From an uncultured delta proteobacterium (GTDB taxonomy: Bacteria > Desulfobacterota > Binatia > Bin18), in NCBI GenBank assembly GCA_963733195.1, contig CAVTCR010000081.1, forward strand, positions 64,001 to 128,000: DNA of 64,000 nt, read 5' to 3'. A program made the position numbers and the translations under genes. Positions within the stretch are counted from its first letter, which is position 1, and each line of letters opens with the position of its first letter. The notes beneath the pieces were generated by a model, which did no database searches, had not been told where the DNA came from, and was given only the letters and a program-made list of their open reading frames with translations. Shown piece after piece: positions 62,304 through 64,000 of the stretch.

Positions 62304-62489
62304 ATGGATAATTGGATCCTGTTAGGAATTTGGCTCAACACGATCATGCTACTGAGCGTCGGCGTAGCAACGGTGATATCGTTGCGAAGGATTGCTGAAG
62401 TCGTGGGACGCGTCGAGGAAACTGCCGCGCGAGGAGAACGAATGACCGCCGAGATTCTCACTCGGTTGACCAACTCAACTGCGCAATAG
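62304..62489 (+). CDS. Small membrane-anchored coiled-coil protein
   Basis: N-terminal TM plus amphipathic helix; TAAGG RBS. Confidence 0.55.
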   Translation: MDNWILLGIWLNTIMLLSVGVATVISLRRIAEVVGRVEETAARGERMTAEILTRLTNSTAQ

Positions 62490-62542
62490 GAAGCGCTGTC
62501 CTTTTCTCAACTACGCCCCAGGAATTCTCACAAAGAGGTATT

Positions 62543-63256
62543 TTATACTGTCCTGGCCAAGTGCCGCGTTTCGATAGTAGGAGAGGCAATCGGTGACCGC
62601 GCAATCAGTACCTGATCAGCCATACCAACAAACAGTCCGTGACCAACGATACCGGGCAAAGCATTGAGTTGTTGATCAAGTTGAACCGCGTCAGGAATCG
62701 CATCGAACTTCACGTCCAGAATCGGATGACCAAGGTCGGAAATCACCGGTCCCAGTTTACCATTGCTTGAACGGATCTGTGGATGCCCACCGAACTCGCG
62801 TAATTTCTTCATCACAAACGCCAGTGCCGGAGTAATAACTTCCACTGGAACCGCAGTGCGCGCACCCAGCACCTGAACAGATTTGGTCTCGTCAGCGACA
62901 ACCACAAATTGTTTTGCCATCGCTGCAATGAGCTTTTCCATCACATGCGCACCGCCCCCGCCTTTAATCAGGTTCCCGGCAGGGTCGATTTCATCAGCAC
63001 CATCGACCGTAATATCAACACTCTCCACACCCATCGGATCAAGTAGAGGCACTCCCGACTCTTTGGCTAAGAAGTGCGATTGGTACGAGGTGGGAACCCC
63101 GACGACATGAAACTGACCAGAACGCACCCGTATCCCCAGTTCTTGGATGAAGTACAACAACGTCGAGCCAGACCCAAGTCCAACTACAGCGTTGTTTGGG
63201 ATGAGGTCAAGCGCTGCAAGCGCTGCGGCTTTTTTTAGTGCGTCCACGTCACCCAT
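62543..63256 (-). CDS. rpiA: Ribose-5-phosphate isomerase A
   Basis: GLGSGST, DGADEID, IKGGGGA..EK, PVEV, GIVGHGLF. Confidence 0.96.
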   Translation of the reverse strand: MGDVDALKKAAALAALDLIPNNAVVGLGSGSTLLYFIQELGIRVRSGQFHVVGVPTSYQSHFLAKESGVPLLDPMGVESVDITVDGADEIDPAGNLIKGGGGAHVMEKLIAAMAKQFVVVADETKSVQVLGARTAVPVEVITPALAFVMKKLREFGGHPQIRSSNGKLGPVISDLGHPILDVKFDAIPDAVQLDQQLNALPGIVGHGLFVGMADQVLIARSPIASPTIETRHLARTV

Positions 63257-63418
63257 ACTCTTTGTCCCCCATTTCCGTACATTGTAGCAATGTTTCTGAA
63301 CGCCAGCAGAAACACAAGGGCTGGTAGGTCAGAGGGTAGGTGAGGCCCTATATCTAGCGTGCGGCGAGGAAGTGGTGTAAACACAGGGCACGAGAGCGTG
63401 CAAACAGGGAGGTGGAGG

Positions 63419-64000
63419 ATGCGCATTGTGCTTGATCCATGGGGTGGCGACTACGGCAGCCAAATTTCCACTCCCTATGAAGCTGATACGGAGGAGGTAT
63501 CGGTTCGGGCACTCGATGAAGAAGGGGAGCAGTGTCCCTGGAAGCCGATTGTCCCGGCTCCTATCTCATCACCAATAGAAACGGTAGTCGTTGATGGTGT
63601 TATGCGTAGCGATGCATTCGGTATGGTCGAAGACGAAGAGCGACGTGCGCTGGCGTTGTTTGGCTCGTTTGCTGCGGGTGCGGTTTCCATTAACGCCCAC
63701 GTGCGCATTGTCCAAGAACGCATCGTCCGTCTCTTCATTACCGGTGGGAATTGGCTGACACCAGAGAACGTCGATGTTCCGGTTGGGAGAGGCGGCAACC
63801 TGTGTTACCACGGGTTCAGTACCAAAGATGAAACCTATGAAGACCTCCGGGAAGCGTTGGTGAATGAGATGCGGCGGGCGGAAGCGCAGGTCGCTGAAAC
63901 GCTGACCAGTGCCGACAGCTTGGTCCTTGCAGACGGAAGCCTGAAATTTTTCGGCGGAGCATCTTCTGTTGTCGGGGTGATTAAAACCATTCACAAACTC
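63419..64000 (+). CDS. NurA-like nuclease, runs off the window end
   Basis: GGAGG RBS; MRIVLDPW..VVDGVMR..FGSFAAGAV..MRRAEA..VLADGSL..VGVIK; open frame not in the ORF track because it has no stop in the window. Confidence 0.7.
   Translation, partial: MRIVLDPWGGDYGSQISTPYEADTEEVSVRALDEEGEQCPWKPIVPAPISSPIETVVVDGVMRSDAFGMVEDEERRALALFGSFAAGAVSINAHVRIVQERIVRLFITGGNWLTPENVDVPVGRGGNLCYHGFSTKDETYEDLREALVNEMRRAEAQVAETLTSADSLVLADGSLKFFGGASSVVGVIKTIHKL

Overview
A bacterial chromosomal window of moderately high GC. Gene content suggests a deltaproteobacterial-type lineage such as Candidatus Binatia (inference only). Many single-base frameshifts, including in housekeeping genes (pheT, rplY, pgm), point to an unpolished assembly. 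Layout: (1) 0.1-15 kb is a phosphate/polyphosphate island (pgm, ppk1, ppx, secreted metallophosphoesterase, HAD phosphatase, sthA, phoA and several small unknown genes) whose intergenic regions carry 11-bp-period Pho-box-like repeats. (2) 15-25 kb has CoA transferases, a broken TIR-FGE/SUMF1 gene, an amidohydrolase, an APH kinase, a GT39 glycosyltransferase and suhB. (3) 25-37.5 kb is the core translation cluster (ispE, tRNA-Gln, prs, rplY, pth, rpsF, rpsR, rplI, tRNA-Val, thrS, infC with an ATA start, rpmI, rplT, pheST, MerR-like). (4) 37.6-46 kb has a DD-carboxypeptidase, an orphan His-tailed groEL, twin Lpp/OprI-like lipoproteins, hpnH-ADH-cupin, USP and fur. (5) 46-59 kb is a conflict/signalling island: a TIR-TM-WD40 plus DRHyd-TPR-SLOG-like gene pair, and two paralogous class III cyclase-STAND ATPase-TPR genes flanking a VapBC module. 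(6) 59-64 kb has small genes, a MaoC pair, rpiA and a NurA-like gene. Most striking: the two cyclase-STAND paralogs carry different 28-bp GTAG...CTAC REP palindromes and different 7-bp tandem-repeat cassettes, translated at homologous loop positions. This looks like repeat-driven diversification of an NLR-like receptor family.
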